Under the pieces are notes generated by a model. That model worked only from the letters and a program-made list of their open reading frames with translations. It had not been told where the DNA came from and did no database searches. A stretch of 64,000 bases of DNA, taken from contig NC_043000.1 in NCBI RefSeq assembly GCF_006345805.1, forward strand, positions 103,912,001 to 103,976,000. The letters run 5' to 3'. This DNA is from Octopus sinensis (Eukaryota). The position numbers and the translations under genes are program-made. Of the stretch, positions 1-12,480 are shown piece by piece (within the stretch, counting starts at the first letter, position 1; the number at the start of each line of letters is the position of its first letter).

Positions 1-1092
1 ATCAAACTAACTAATCGATCGTGTTTAACGTGTTGGTTAAACAATCAATCGGTTGTTTGTTTGTCCCATGTTAAACAAACGATTGATTAGTTTAATATTT
101 AACCAATTCCCTAATAATAAAAAGTTGAGTTGACCATGTGTGTGTTTTGTTATTGGCAGAGTGATTCTCACGAGACACAGCAAAATTTGTTTCAACATAT
201 GATTTCACATCAAGATTCTTGCAAACCAAATCCATAAACAAAACTTAAAAAGATAATTCTTATTCCATACACCATACACATTTGTTTATAAAATAATGTA
301 TGTGTGTTTGCGCGCGCGCACACACATACACACACGCACACATCATTACATAGATTTAATTCATATAATATTTAGGATATAAGTGTCAACTTCTATGGTA
401 ATGTTTGTGTATGTTGAATGTTGCGTGTATCTACACGTATGAGTGTCCCTGCGACTTATGCATAACTAATGTGTATTTGTAAATAATACCATATATTTCT
501 CTGTACATATAAGTGTATTTATGATATAAGACTTTTGTGACTTTTGTAGGATTGCAACTCGTTGTACCCTATAATCTTTTAATTTCTTTGAATTGTTATC
601 ATGTTCAATCCGGGTTGGAGAGATGAAAGAGAAGGGGAGAGAGAGAGAGAGAAAGAGAGAGACAGATGTATGAATGGTAAACATTACATGTGTATGTAGG
701 GGTACATGTGCAGGAGAGACAGAGACGAGACAGAGGAAGAATGAAAGATGATTGAGCGAGAGAAGAATATATATTTTATAACATACAACAAATATATCTT
801 TTCATGATAAATGTACTTTTTCTGTAATTCAATTTATTTGTAAATATTTTGTTTATTTTGTCTTGATATGTTGCTGCTTCTAAATATCACGGGCATTGCT
901 ACCTTGTCTAACACAAGGAGGACGGCATACCTGCACAAGTGTGCCCCTTCTGCCGAATTTGTTTCTGCATATCTTTTAGGAAAATGAATATTTTTTAATG
1001 AAATTTTCTAAAATTACCTTTCAGATGGTGTAGATTACGATTATATAGGAATTTAATGCTTAAAAAAATAGTGGGGGCGCGCTACTGATATA

Positions 1093-1885
1093 CTCTTTTA
1101 TTCCTTTTTACTCTTTTACTTGTTTCAGTCATTTGACTGCGGCCATGCTGGAGCACCGCCTTTTTTCTTTAGTCTAGCAAATCGACCCCAGGACTTATTC
1201 TTTGGAAGCCTAGTACTTATTCTAACGGTCCCTTTAGCCGAACCGCTAAGTTACGGGGACGTAAACGCACCACCATCGTTAGTCAAGCGATGTTGGGGGA
1301 CAAACACAGAAACACACACACACACACACACACGCGTGTGTGTGTGGTAAGTAGCTTGCTTACCAGCCACATAGTTCCGGGTTCAGTCCCACTGCGTGGG
1401 ACCTTGGGCAAGTGTCTCTTACTATAGCCTCGGGTCGACCAAAGCCTTCTGAGTGGATTTGGTAGACGGAAACTGAAAGAAGCCCGTCGTATATATGTAT
1501 ATATATGTGTCTGTGTTTGTCCCCCAACATCGCTTGACAACCGATGCTGGTGTGATTACGTCTCCGTAACTTAGCGGTTCGGCAAAAGAGACCGATAGAA
1601 TAAGTACTAGGCTTACAAAGAATAAGTCCCGGGGGTCGATTTCCTCGACTAAAGGCGGTGCTCCAGCATGGCCGCAGTCAAATGACTGAAACAAGTAAAA
1701 GAGTAAAAGAGAGTAAAGAGTATATATACGACAGGCTTCTTTCAGTTTCCATCTACCAAATCCACTTACAAGGCTTTGGTCGGCCCGAGGCTATAGAAGA
1801 AGACGCTTGCCCAAGGTGCCACGTAGTGAGAATGAACTCGGAACCATGAGGTTGGTAAGCAAGCTACTTACCACACAGCCACTCC
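1093..1885 (-). mobile_element. tRNA-derived CORE-type SINE (family A), split into a 3' half (1093-1335) and a 5' half (1721-1885)
   Basis: Reverse complement matches the intact copy at 4074-4455. The break falls in the internal (CA)n/(TA)n tract. Confidence 0.85.
1338..1720 (+). mobile_element. SINE family A copy nested in opposite orientation inside another family A copy
   Basis: gtgtggtaagtagcttgcttacc...gggttcagtccc (A/B-box-like head), ccttgggcaagtgtc core, (agtaaaag)n tail. Confidence 0.85.
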
Positions 1886-2783
1886 GTCATATTTTCTGCA
1901 AAATTTCAAGCTCCATTTTGTAGAGGTATACATTGTACGCGCTTACCATTATTCTTTATTTCTACATTAAATTCCAAAAGAAACGTAGCCTACACCATCT
2001 GAAAAGTATTTGCTGACAATTTAATCAAGAAATATCAATTTTGCTGAAAGCTATGAGGAAATCAAGTGGGTAGTGGAGGACACAATTGTGTAGGTATGAC
2101 GTAGCATCTCCATAGTCGTACGATCTGCAAGAAAGAGTAGCCAAATTCCCCTCACATCACATCATGGTATCGTCTTAAAAAATAATAATGTTTCGCTTTG
2201 GATAATGTCGTAGCTAAACTGTTTGAAAAAAAAAAGAAAGAAATCAAAGCAAAAAAAAAAAAAGAAAAAGTAAAACAGGTTGTCAAAATTGGAACTCCAG
2301 TCATCGGCTTGTTAAATGAACCGAGTTGGTAGAGTTCCAGACTTGCAGTATTTAGTTATAGACTTCTGCATTCACAATTCAAATCCTACTGAATTCGTCT
2401 CCTATCTTTTTTGCTATCGTGTGACTGGGAGCTAAACCTGATCGAGTAGACTTATGATCAAAGGCATTCTTGCTGCGTTCATTTCATTTTTTTTTCCTTT
2501 TCGTTTTGTCTATGAAGAGCTACGTTGTTCAATGCTTCCTCCTGTTTTTAAAGCTGTAGTTCTGATCTGAGGGACATTTGGCTGCTGTTTTTATTAAGTC
2601 GAACAAATAAGGCTGATAAAAAATCAATCAAGTTGGGGGTTTAATTTCATCGATCACTCTCTTACTCCATGTATTTTCTTTTCACAATTTAAAAGGTACA
2701 TAGCAAATGAGGACAAACACATTTGAATGTCACTCTGATCTCTTATCTGAAAAAAAGAAGAAAAAAAACTTTCTATGGTTATA

Positions 2784-3015
2784 TATTTCTTTATTGCCCA
2801 CAAGGGGCTAAACATAGAGGGGACAAACAAGGACAGAAAAAGGATTAAGTCGATTACATCGACCCCAGTGCGAAACTGGTACTTAATTTATCGACTCCGA
2901 AAGGATGAAAGGCAAAGTCGATCTCGGTGGAATTTGAACCCAGAACGTAACGGCAGACGAAATACGGCTACGCATTTCGCCCGGCGTGCTAACGTTTCTG
3001 CCAGCTCGCCGCCCT
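2784..3015 (-). mobile_element. tRNA-derived SINE (family B, gcctttcatcctttcggggtcgataaa Nin/Deu-like central domain)
   Basis: Head ggcggcgagctggcagaaacgttagc on the minus strand. 19-bp TSD aaaactttctatg(g/a)ttata at 2765-2783 and 3016-3034. Confidence 0.85.
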
Positions 3016-3344
3016 AAAACTTTCTATGATTATAGCGGTCAGATGGCTCTCATCTATCCATATCAACAAAGCTCCCAAGATGGAATAAGTTCATGTGCCA
3101 TGAGATTTCTCGTTATATTTGAAGCTATTTTGTTTCCTGTGATTCTTGTGTTTTTCTTAAATTAATGATCTGATGACAATAAATCGCAAATAACCCAAGA
3201 TCAATTTGAGAATGGAGGCAGAATTCACGTCCTCAGAAATAACGAAACAAATTGAAGATTTTTAATTCTATGCTCAAAATCTTACAGGGTACACTGTATA
3301 TTGTATATATGATGTGACACATATATATAAAGCTGTATTTTTAA

Positions 3345-3591
3345 CCCTTTAGCATTTGAACCAGCTCTATCTGGCCCAAATATTCTACCTGTTTTATGTT
3401 CAAACCGGTCAGATCCGGCCTCTCACACCTAACCTGCAATGCTATTCTAAAAATAAACAATCACATCGTCAAATTCTGGAAGCTATTTGAAAGCAAATCA
3501 AAAATGTATTTGCAAACAAAATCTCGACGCTATTGAAAACAATGAATAAATAAGCTTTATATTTGACAGAGTAATCTAAATGTTAAAAAGG
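3345..3591. mobile_element. piggyBac-like MITE
   Basis: Starts TTAA|CCCTTTAGCATT. A related copy in opposite orientation at 53456-53628 ends GAGGG|TTAA. Confidence 0.6.
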
Positions 3592-3649
3592 TAGGAAGTA
3601 CAGTAAAAACTGGTTTCAAAAAGCAATCATTCTTTAATCACATGCGTAA

Positions 3650-5600
3650 CAGTGATCCGATTGCATTATCTTTGCTGTCGAACAGTGATTAACGATAAAT
3701 TGTGACTAAAAACTTCATTTCCGTAGATTGTCAACTCTTGGCTTATGACTAAATATACCCCTGCCACTGAGACCTTGACAACCCGGGAGTGAAAACGGAA
3801 CAAGTGCACAGAAGGTGCATACTAAAGTTTAGTATATACCTGTGAAGTACCCTAAACAATGAAAGTATGCAGTAGAAATACTGGAATGCAGTTAGGGGTA
3901 AACAAGTGCGCAGTACTAATTATATAGAAAGGCCGGACGGTAAAACTCTGAATGCATACAATTATCACAAGACGTCATTAAATCGCTGTGGTATAACGAG
4001 GGTACAAATATCTAGGAGTATTGCAAGATGATAAGATAATGGAAGGAGAAATGAGAGAGAAAGTCACTGCATAGGCGCAGGAGTGGTTGTGTGGTAAGTA
4101 GCTTGCTTACTCACCACATGGTTCCGGGTTCAGTCCCACTGCGTAGCACCTTGGGCAAGTGTCTTCTACTATAGCCTCGGGCCGACCAAAGCCTTGTGAG
4201 TGGATTTGGCAGACGGAAACTGAAAGAAGCTCGTCGTATATATATATATGTATGTGTGTCTGTGTTTGTCCCCCCAACATCGCTTGTCAACCGATGGTGG
4301 TGTGTTTACGTCCCTGTAACTTAGCGGTTCGGCAAAAGAGACCGATAGAATAAGTACTTGGCTTCCAAAGAATAAGTCCTGGGGTCGATTTGCTCGACTA
4401 AAGGCGGTGCTCCAGCATGGCCGCGGTCAAATGACTGAAACAAGTAAAAAGAGAAAGGAGTACAAGAAGAGAATTAGGAAGGTGCTCGAAACAAGATTAA
4501 ATAGAGGGAACATCATTAAAGCCATAAATACATGGGCTTATGTCCGTATTGAGATACTCTGTTCCCTTTCTGAAATGGACAAAGGTCGAGTTACAGAAGT
4601 GGGATAGAAGAACTAGAAAGTTGTTCACAATGCACAAACGCACCCCACTCTAAAAGAAATATTGACCTACTCTACCTGCCAAGAAAGGAAGATGGTCGAG
4701 AATTACTTTAACGCAAAAGACACTGTTAATACTGTGATATTGGGTCTGAAAAATTATGTTGTTCAGAGTAAAAAAGAATTCATGCAACAAACCGAGAATG
4801 TTGGAAGCAAAGAACGCAATCTTTGGTTGACGGATGAGAACTTGAAACGAGAGACAGTAAACGCTAACTGTAGACACTCAAAAACAAACCCTTAGAATAA
4901 ATCTGATAATGTTCGACAAAACTCAGTCAGACAGCAAATGTAGAATCTGCAGGAAAGGAGACGAGAGTATGAATCACCTTTTGAGTGAGTGTAGTGTACT
5001 TGTATAAAAGGAGTAGAAGCATAGACATGACTGTGAGTAGGTAAAAGAGTGCATTGGGATGTAAGCCGAGTGTGTGGTTTCAAAACGATAGAAAAGTAGT
5101 ACGAACACGAACTAGAGACTGATAGAAAATGAGAATTACGGGATGTTGTGAGATTTTCCCATAAAGACTGACAATACTATTGAAGCAAGAAGACTAGATA
5201 TGATTATAGAGGTCACAATAAGCAAATAGTGTAAGATCAAGGTTTTTTAAATCCTTTATGATAGCAGAGTCGATACCAAAGAAACGGAAAAAAAAAATTA
5301 GAAATATCAAGATCTAGCCAGAGAACTGAGGAGACTGAAAGACCAAGACAACAATTATTCCTATAATAATTGATGCACTAGGCGCAAAACCCAAAATACT
5401 GCCTAAAAGACTGAAAGAGACTGGGATTGGAACTCGCATTTTCGACCAGCAGAAAAGTACCAGCCTATATTTTGCAAGAATCCTAAGAGAGTTTCTTGAG
5501 ATTTGAGGAAAATTGTTGACACCAAACATCACGATGAAATATCTGCTAACTAAATTAGCATGCTTTAACATAATAGCAATTACAACAATAACGATAATTC
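3650..5600 (+). mobile_element. Degenerate R4/Dong-like (restriction-like endonuclease) non-LTR retrotransposon, 3' part, interrupted by a SINE
   Basis: Broken translations: GMQLGVNKCAVL, GYKYLGVLQDDKIMEGEMREKVT [SINE] KEYKKRIRKVLETRLNRGNIIKAINTWA, DFPIKTDNTIEARRLDMII, YQDLARELRR, IIPIIIDALG. Decayed (TAA)-like tail at ~5570-5598. The left boundary is approximate. Confidence 0.75.
4074..4455 (+). mobile_element. Full-length SINE family A
   Basis: ggcgcaggagtggttgtgtggtaag head, B-box-like gggttcagtccc, CORE-like gcaccttgggcaagtgtctt, internal microsatellite, tail tgactgaaacaagtaaaaagag. Confidence 0.9.
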
Positions 5601-7350
5601 TTTCTTATTTTGGCTCCCCTTCCCTATCCGTTCTCTTCTTACAGGTGCCAGTATAGAATTAGCCCACTCAATCGGGTCATCCTCACCACATTCATCTATC
5701 TTTCAGCAAATTTGCAGGTGGGGGAAACACCTCCCTCTCAATCCCCGCTTCATTTTCAAATAGAAATTTAAGAAGTCAGTGATAGCTTGGCCGAAGAGAG
5801 AAGAGTCTGTCTTCAGAAAATAAAAGAAATAATACATTATTAAAAGTGCTTTTTCAAACAACCGTATCATTTTATAAACAAAAGGTAATGAATATTAAAG
5901 TATAAAAAAAACAGTAACAACGAATTACGGCGAACACAAAGCTTAAATTGTTACAACACCGTCTTTCCGAACGCTTGATGGCCCGGAACCGCTTATAATC
6001 CGCACTAATTTACGAGTGGGTGCTTCAAATTCCCATGGCCACCTGATCACTTGGCTGGTATACTACTGTACAGATACCTGTATTTCATCTAATTATTTAG
6101 ATAAATTTAATATTTGTTTAAATTAGAGTGTGACCGTCCCCGGTTCGGAAGAATCTGTAATCTGGAATAGCTTTGGCATTAAAGGTTCCGGAAAATCGAT
6201 GTCGTACATTAATAATAAAGGTAGGTATGTAGTTTGTGCATGTACTTGTAACAGTCAGTTACAAATCAGTGAAAACAGCTTTCAGTACTCGCTGAAACAG
6301 TTTTGATGTTTGATGATACTTTTCTTATTCTTTGCATACAATAACTATAGGACAAGTGACTGGAACACAAGGTGAAATTCAGATAACTGGAAATTTGATA
6401 AATTGGGTGGATGTGGGGGTGGGGAGGAATCAATTGTCTCGTCGACCAATATCTTTCAATTCTGTTTCCCTTTCTCCTTCGTTATGTACATCTCATCATT
6501 CAACTGACCTTACTAAAATGTGCCCCTGACAAAAAAAGTGACATATAAGTTCGCCTTCTATATAGAGAAATTTATTTAATTATTGGAAACGCTTAGTAAG
6601 CAGAATCGGTAGAACTTCAGACTAAATATCTTCCTTGTACATCTTGAGTTTAAATCCTCATTGGAGGTCAACTATAAACTGTTCATCCCCGGGAGGTCGA
6701 TAAAGTAAGTGCCAAGCATATAGTGGATCAGTAATCTCTTGTAACGTTAGATCGTCAACACAACTTTGTGGTTCTACACCAATGTAATAAAATACTATAA
6801 ATTTTTAAGTAATTAAAAACGGAGTTCGACATAACAGCATAACACCGAATATATGCCACCAATGCATGAAAATATAGAAAGCATTGGTAAAAGTTTGTGA
6901 CCAGCTGATGAAGCTGTCTGAGAAATAACTAACATATTTATTTGATTTATCTATACACAGTTATACAAACTATACACACACACACACACACACACCACAC
7001 AGACACACACACACACAAGCACACACACACACACACACACACAAAAGAGAACAGTACAATAGGTACCAGACTTAGAATAAGAATTGGGGTCGATTTGTTC
7101 GACGAACCGTACAAGGCGGTGCTCCAGCATGGTCGCAGGATATTGATTGAATGATATAAAAGGGGCGAAATATGACGCTTTCGAGTCCTGGAAGGATGTA
7201 CCATCTTAGAATTCAAAGGACCCTTTTTTTAGCTCTGCGGGCTCAAGACCAATATACTGATTGAACCCAACTCTTTAGAGGCCCTGTCTTGAGTGGCTGT
7301 TGACAGCAGAATATTCTCAATACTCTCCGGAAATACTCTCCTGACGGTAA

Positions 7351-8890
7351 TAGGGGTCGATAAATTAAGTACCAGTTACTCACTGGGGTCGATGTAATCG
7401 ACTTAATACCTATGTCTGTCCTTGTTTTTCCCCTCTGTGTTTAGCCCCTTGTGGGTAATAAAGAAATAGGTAATAAAGATGTCTACACAAGATCACGATT
7501 TTGTGTAGGATGTTGAGAAGGATTAGTCAATTAAATCAATCCTAATACTTGACTAGTAATTATTTTTATCGACCCCCGCCTCTGCCCCATGTATAGGAAA
7601 GGCAAAACTGAGCTCGGCGTGATTTGAACTCTAATACATCACAGATGTCATGCAAACATCTATTACTTCTGCTCGATATGATTTTTGTTATAGATGATTT
7701 CTGATATAGGGATTAAAGCCATTTAATTTGAAAAAAGAGAGCACAACAAATTAAACCGGCCCCAGTGCCTGAATGATAATTATTTTTTAATGACTTCGGA
7801 GAGATTAAAAAGGCAAAGTCACCCCAACCCCGACGGGATTTAAACTGAAATTTTAGAAAGACGTTACAGAACTCTGCAAGCCATTTTAACTTAGACTTTA
7901 TTAATCTCATATTCAACTCTATTTTTTACTATTCATTCTGTGTTTTCACTTTGGTTAATTCAACAGTTTTGCAACGTCTAAGTATCCTTGTGAAAACGAT
8001 AAAAAGATGGTTGTCTCGGGAGGTTAAAATATGACAAGCGAAGATTGAGTGAAATTAAACACCGTGAGACAGTTTAGTTCACCAGTTTAAACACAGTTTT
8101 TTTCTTTAATGAAATAACTGTGCAACTGTTGCTGAAGTTGTTGGTGGTGTTTAGCCTCAAGTCTATTATTAAAAACATTCTAGAAACCAGAATTTCATCT
8201 TTTTCTTTTCGTTTTTACTTGTGTGGCATAGAGTTGTGACATCATTCAATGTATTCTTCCTATTTAGTAAGATCTGAGAGAAATTTACTTTCTGTTTCTA
8301 GCAGGTCGAGCGCTCCCTACACCAATTCATCATCCCGATGCCCCCACGCCCACTCACAAAGGAAAATATAATTTATTACATAACATTTAACAGCTCTATA
8401 TTAATTTCACATTAATATTCTTAAAATGAACATGAAAGAAAATATGACAAAATTAGTGCAGATTATAATCCTCTCTAATATAAGCACATGGTCTGAAATT
8501 TGGTGGGAAGAGCTAACATTGACTCCAGCGCTGAGATGGTATTTGTTTTTATCGATCTCAAAAGGATGAAGGGTAAAGTCAACCTCGGAAGAATTTGAAC
8601 TCAGAACGTAAAGCTGGAAGAAATACTGCCAAACATTTTGCCCGGCGTGATAAAGATTCAGCTAGCTCATTGCCTTAATAATAGTAATAATGGTTTCAAA
8701 TGTTGGCACAGGGCCAGAAACTTTAAGGCAAGAGGTTAGTCTATTACATCGATCCCAGAGCTCAACTGGTACTTATTTTATCAACCCCAACAGAAGGAAA
8801 GGCAAAGTCAACCTCGACGGAATTTAAACTCAGAAAAATGCCGCTAAGCATTTTGCTCTGCAGGCTAACGATTCTGCCAGCTCGCCGCTT
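7351..8890. mobile_element. Cluster of SINE family B fragments (7351-7470 +; ~7520-7630, ~7750-7880, 8480-8675 and 8690-8890 -)
   Basis: Recurrent ggatgaaaggcaaagtcgacctcggcggaatttgaactcag-like motif with varying decay. Confidence 0.7.
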
Positions 8891-9068
8891 TAACAATAAC
8901 AACGACGACGACGACGATCATTTCCATAATAGTATGTAAATTCCGGAGAATTACGGATTCTTGAAATTATCTCCCCTTCTCATTCGGAGTTTGGTGCAAT
9001 TGTCTGTTGGCATTTGCTTACCTTCTCTCCAAGCGAAAATAGTTCCAATAAATCAAGAATTTATCTTT

Positions 9069-9439
9069 GTGTGTGTGTGTGTGTGTGTGTGTGATTGAAT
9101 AAGTTGGAGTCAACAAGAAGGAGTACAGAAGAATATTTATTTCTAATCACAACTGTTTCAACGCAATGTAGTTCTCCACGCAATGTAGTTGTGAGATCTT
9201 GTGCAAAACCACGACAGTCAGAAAGAATGCGGTCGAAGCCGAAAATTTGAGTTTACAGAACACAGAAACAATATTTATACATCACCTGATGAAAGAGCAA
9301 AATCTCACAATCAAGGGAAACGGTTACATAACCAAATACCTGCGTTGCGTGGAAACGATTGTAGTGATTACAAATAAATGTTCCTTTGTACTCCTTCTTA
9401 TTGACTCCAACTTGTTCAATTATCCATTCACACACTACA
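9069..9439. mobile_element. Fold-back element: LTR-like unit 9184-9439 (TGTAGT...ACTACA) preceded by an inverted copy of its 3' end
   Basis: 9093-9166 is an imperfect reverse complement of ~9343-9420. AATAAA lies ~60 bp before the TACA end. No TSD seen. Confidence 0.5.
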
Positions 9440-9575
9440 GTAGCCCCAACGCAAATCTGGCAGTAGGTATAATACTACTGTTATATGGCACTGGGTGAAA
9501 TCTGAAGGTGGGCGAGCTTTATACTGTACTCAACTACGTTTTTAACAGAATATAACCTAACAATATATATATATA

Positions 9576-10104
9576 CGAGCAAAACGCTCCCCGTCCCATG
9601 GACGGTGCTGAGTTGTCAAACATTTAAACCAAATTTTCTCAAAACAACTTGTCCGGCCGTCCCATAGGCCTCACTGATTTAACCTAAATTTGAGACACCA
9701 TCAAAAGAAGAAATAAAGATAGACTTTTTTTCCATTCCAAAGAAAAACGATTTTATTCACACAAATATGCAACTGAAGAGTTTAAAGTACCAGTAATGAT
9801 AAGGCTGTTGACTGGGAGAACACAAACATGGTTCAAACAGTAAGCTTGGCAGGAAAGAAACGTGCCTTTAAGCAGTACAAAAACAACAAAAATGGAAGAT
9901 GCAGTTATGTACAGGTTGACGGAAGAAAAGCAGGACAAAAACGGCTTTATCGATCACATTCTCACCTGGAATCGATTTTTGTAATTTTTTTCAAGACTTA
10001 TACATGCCCTGATACCGTGGGTATCTACATATCAAATTTGAGCGTAATTGGATGGAAGATGCTCGAGATCCGAGAAGACAGACAGATAGAACGAATTTTA
10101 TATA

Positions 10105-10107
<3 letters not shown>
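9576..10107 (-). mobile_element. Non-autonomous Helitron
   Basis: Minus strand starts TC(TTATATAAAA) and ends with the hairpin ccgtcc-atg-ggacgg followed by CTCG (variant of CTAG). It sits between A and T. Confidence 0.6.
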
Positions 10108-10172
<65 letters not shown>

Positions 10173-10180
10173 GCATATAT

Positions 10181-10212
<32 letters not shown>

Positions 10213-10333
10213 ATATATATACACATGCATACATATATATATTATATATATATATATACATACATATATATATTATATATATATATATATATATACATGC
10301 ATACATTATATATATATATATATATATATATAT

Positions 10334-10382
<49 letters not shown>

Positions 10383-10438
10383 CATGCATACATATATATA
10401 CATACATATATATATACATACATATATATATACATACA
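10108..10438. repeat. Compound (TA)n/(TACA)n microsatellite
   Basis: Direct observation. Confidence 0.95.
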
Positions 10439-11766
10439 TAGAACCTTTTCACGGATTCCAACATTTGCCAATTTTGAGAGTAGGATATTATGGTCAACCC
10501 TGTCGAACGCTTTACTGAAGTCAAGATATATGACGTCAGAGTTCGAGCCTGTTCCCAGATATATATATCAAAATTGGCAAATGTTGGAATCCGTGAAAAA
10601 GTTCTACACTGGATTAAGTATTTCCTGGCGAATAGAACACAACATGTTGTAGTTGATGGAGTCCACTCAAGCCCAGCAAAAGTCACCAGCGGTGTTCCCC
10701 AGGGGACTGTCTTGAGTCCGCTACTCTTCATAATTTACATAAACGACCTTTCCAGTGTCGTACATTACTGCAAAGTGAAAATATTTGCTGATGACACTAA
10801 GTTCCAGCAAATCGTCAATGAAGAAGCAGACCGAACTCAACTCCAGTCTGATCTATATGCTGTGAGTCAATGGGCAGACAGAAACAAAATGCAACTGAAT
10901 GAGGGAAAATTTGAGCTGATGCATTTTGGAAGAAATTCCTCACTAAAACAGCCATACTCTCTTCCTTCAGGGGAACCGCTCACAGCCTCTAACAATATCA
11001 GAGACCTGGGTGTAATTGTTGATGACGATCTCAGTTGGAGTGCACACATCAACAAGAAGGTCGATATAGCTCGTAGGATGAGTTCCTGGATCTTAAGAAC
11101 TTTCCGGTCCAGAGAACAAGGTGTCATCATACCATTTTTCTTCTCCTTTGTACGGCCACACCTCGAATATTGCTGCCCACTGTGGTCTCCCCATACAAGA
11201 CAAAACATCTCCAGGATTGAGTCACCCCAGAGGGCACTCACTAAACGAATTGAAGACATGGCTGCTCTCGATTATTGGGATCGCCTTAAAGCCTTAAAAC
11301 TTTACTCTCTCCAGCGTCGCCGTGAGCGGTACATCATTCGTACGATGTGGAGAATATACCGCCAACTTTGCCCAAACGACCTTAACATTAGCTTCAAGGT
11401 TCATCCAAGACTGGGGCCACGTGCCATACGTCCCCTGCCCAATTCAAGATCACAACATACATGTACACTGCAACATAATTTCTTTTCCTCAACAGGCCCT
11501 GCCCTATTTAACATTGTCCCGAGGGAGATCAAAGAGGAAAAGGATCCCATCAACTTTAAACGGAGTCTGGATAGATTCCTTCAAAGAATACCAGATAAGC
11601 CACCCATAATTGGATACAACTCACCCAACAAGAACTCACTACTTGAATGGACCATAAACAAAACTTGACTTAAACAGGATTCGAATAATCCTATCAGGTG
11701 GTGCTATTAAGTTAGACATGGCCTGGACCAATCTTTGGTCGAAACATATCTAAGTTTATCTAAGTT
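10439..11766 (+). mobile_element. 5'-truncated, 5'-inverted CR1/L2-clade LINE
   Basis: Uninterrupted RT ORF, short 3' UTR and (ctaagtttat)2 tail. An inverted RT segment occupies 10439-10558. Flanked by (TA)n on both sides. Confidence 0.9.
10568..11668 (+). CDS. Reverse transcriptase C-terminal half plus C-terminal domain of LINE ORF2 (partial, no true start)
   Basis: [26 protein letters not shown] catalytic motif, [32 protein letters not shown]. No internal stops over ~366 codons. Confidence 0.9.
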   Translation, partial: SKLANVGIREKVLHWIKYFLANRTQHVVVDGVHSSPAKVTSGVPQGTVLSPLLFIIYINDLSSVVHYCKVKIFADDTKFQQIVNEEADRTQLQSDLYAVSQWADRNKMQLNEGKFELMHFGRNSSLKQPYSLPSGEPLTASNNIRDLGVIVDDDLSWSAHINKKVDIARRMSSWILRTFRSREQGVIIPFFFSFVRPHLEYCCPLWSPHTRQNISRIESPQRALTKRIEDMAALDYWDRLKALKLYSLQRRRERYIIRTMWRIYRQLCPNDLNISFKVHPRLGPRAIRPLPNSRSQHTCTLQHNFFSSTGPALFNIVPREIKEEKDPINFKRSLDRFLQRIPDKPPIIGYNSPNKNSLLEWTINKT

Positions 11767-11900
11767 TATATATATATATATATATATGTATATTGGTAAA
11801 AACGGTAAGATAACAAAAGAAAGAAAGAGACCTCAATAATATATATATACATACATATATATATACATTCATATATATATACATACATATATATATATAT

Positions 11901-11974
<74 letters not shown>

Positions 11975-11995
11975 TATATATTATATCTATATATA

Positions 11996-12047
<52 letters not shown>

Positions 12048-12070
12048 ATATATATATATTATATATATAT
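11767..12070. repeat. (TA)n microsatellite with a short embedded repeat fragment (11790-11840)
   Basis: Direct observation. Confidence 0.9.
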
Positions 12071-12419
12071 ATTGAGGCACAGTTATAATTTTGAAGGACT
12101 AAATTGTAGCATAGTTGCTTCCCTTTTTGTTTATCTATGTGCTAGTTGTTGCTTGTGATTATGTATGTGTATAAGTGTATGTATATACATATAACTATGT
12201 GTGTATGTGCGATTGATCTGTAGATGCGTGTGTGAATATTGGCGTTCCCTGACTAACCAACCGTATAATTTTCTTTTGTGATTTAAATTTCAAACCAATA
12301 GCCAATCGAATTAATCTATATTTTCTTTACCTAGTGGTCAGCATTTCTTAACTCATAGTTATTTCGATCTTGTAAGGATGGACTTGGTGCTAACTTAACT
12401 GTATCTATTTTTTATTATA

Positions 12420-12480
<61 letters not shown>

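Larger units (their letters stand above)
923..2101. mobile_element. MITE with ~165-bp imperfect terminal inverted repeats (Tc1/mariner-like), interrupted by two nested SINEs
   Basis: 923-1085 (cggcatacctgcacaagtgtg...tttcagatggtgtagattacg) is the imperfect reverse complement of ~1935-2101 (cgtagcctacaccatctgaaa...cacaattgtgtaggtatgacg). TA follows the right end. A related element lies at 25815-26480. Confidence 0.7.

Noticed and set aside
6025-6077. Possible minus-strand terminal exon (ICTVVYQPSDQVAMGI*)
   Set aside because: Weak acceptor, no partner exons found and no recognisable homology.
10490-10567. Apparent N-terminus of the 392-aa RT ORF
   Set aside because: It is the antisense read of the inverted LINE segment, fortuitously in frame.
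9828-10652. 274-aa ORF and the many other YI/HT/CV-rich ORFs
   Set aside because: Stop-free translations of (TA)n, (CA)n and (TACA)n microsatellites, not genes.
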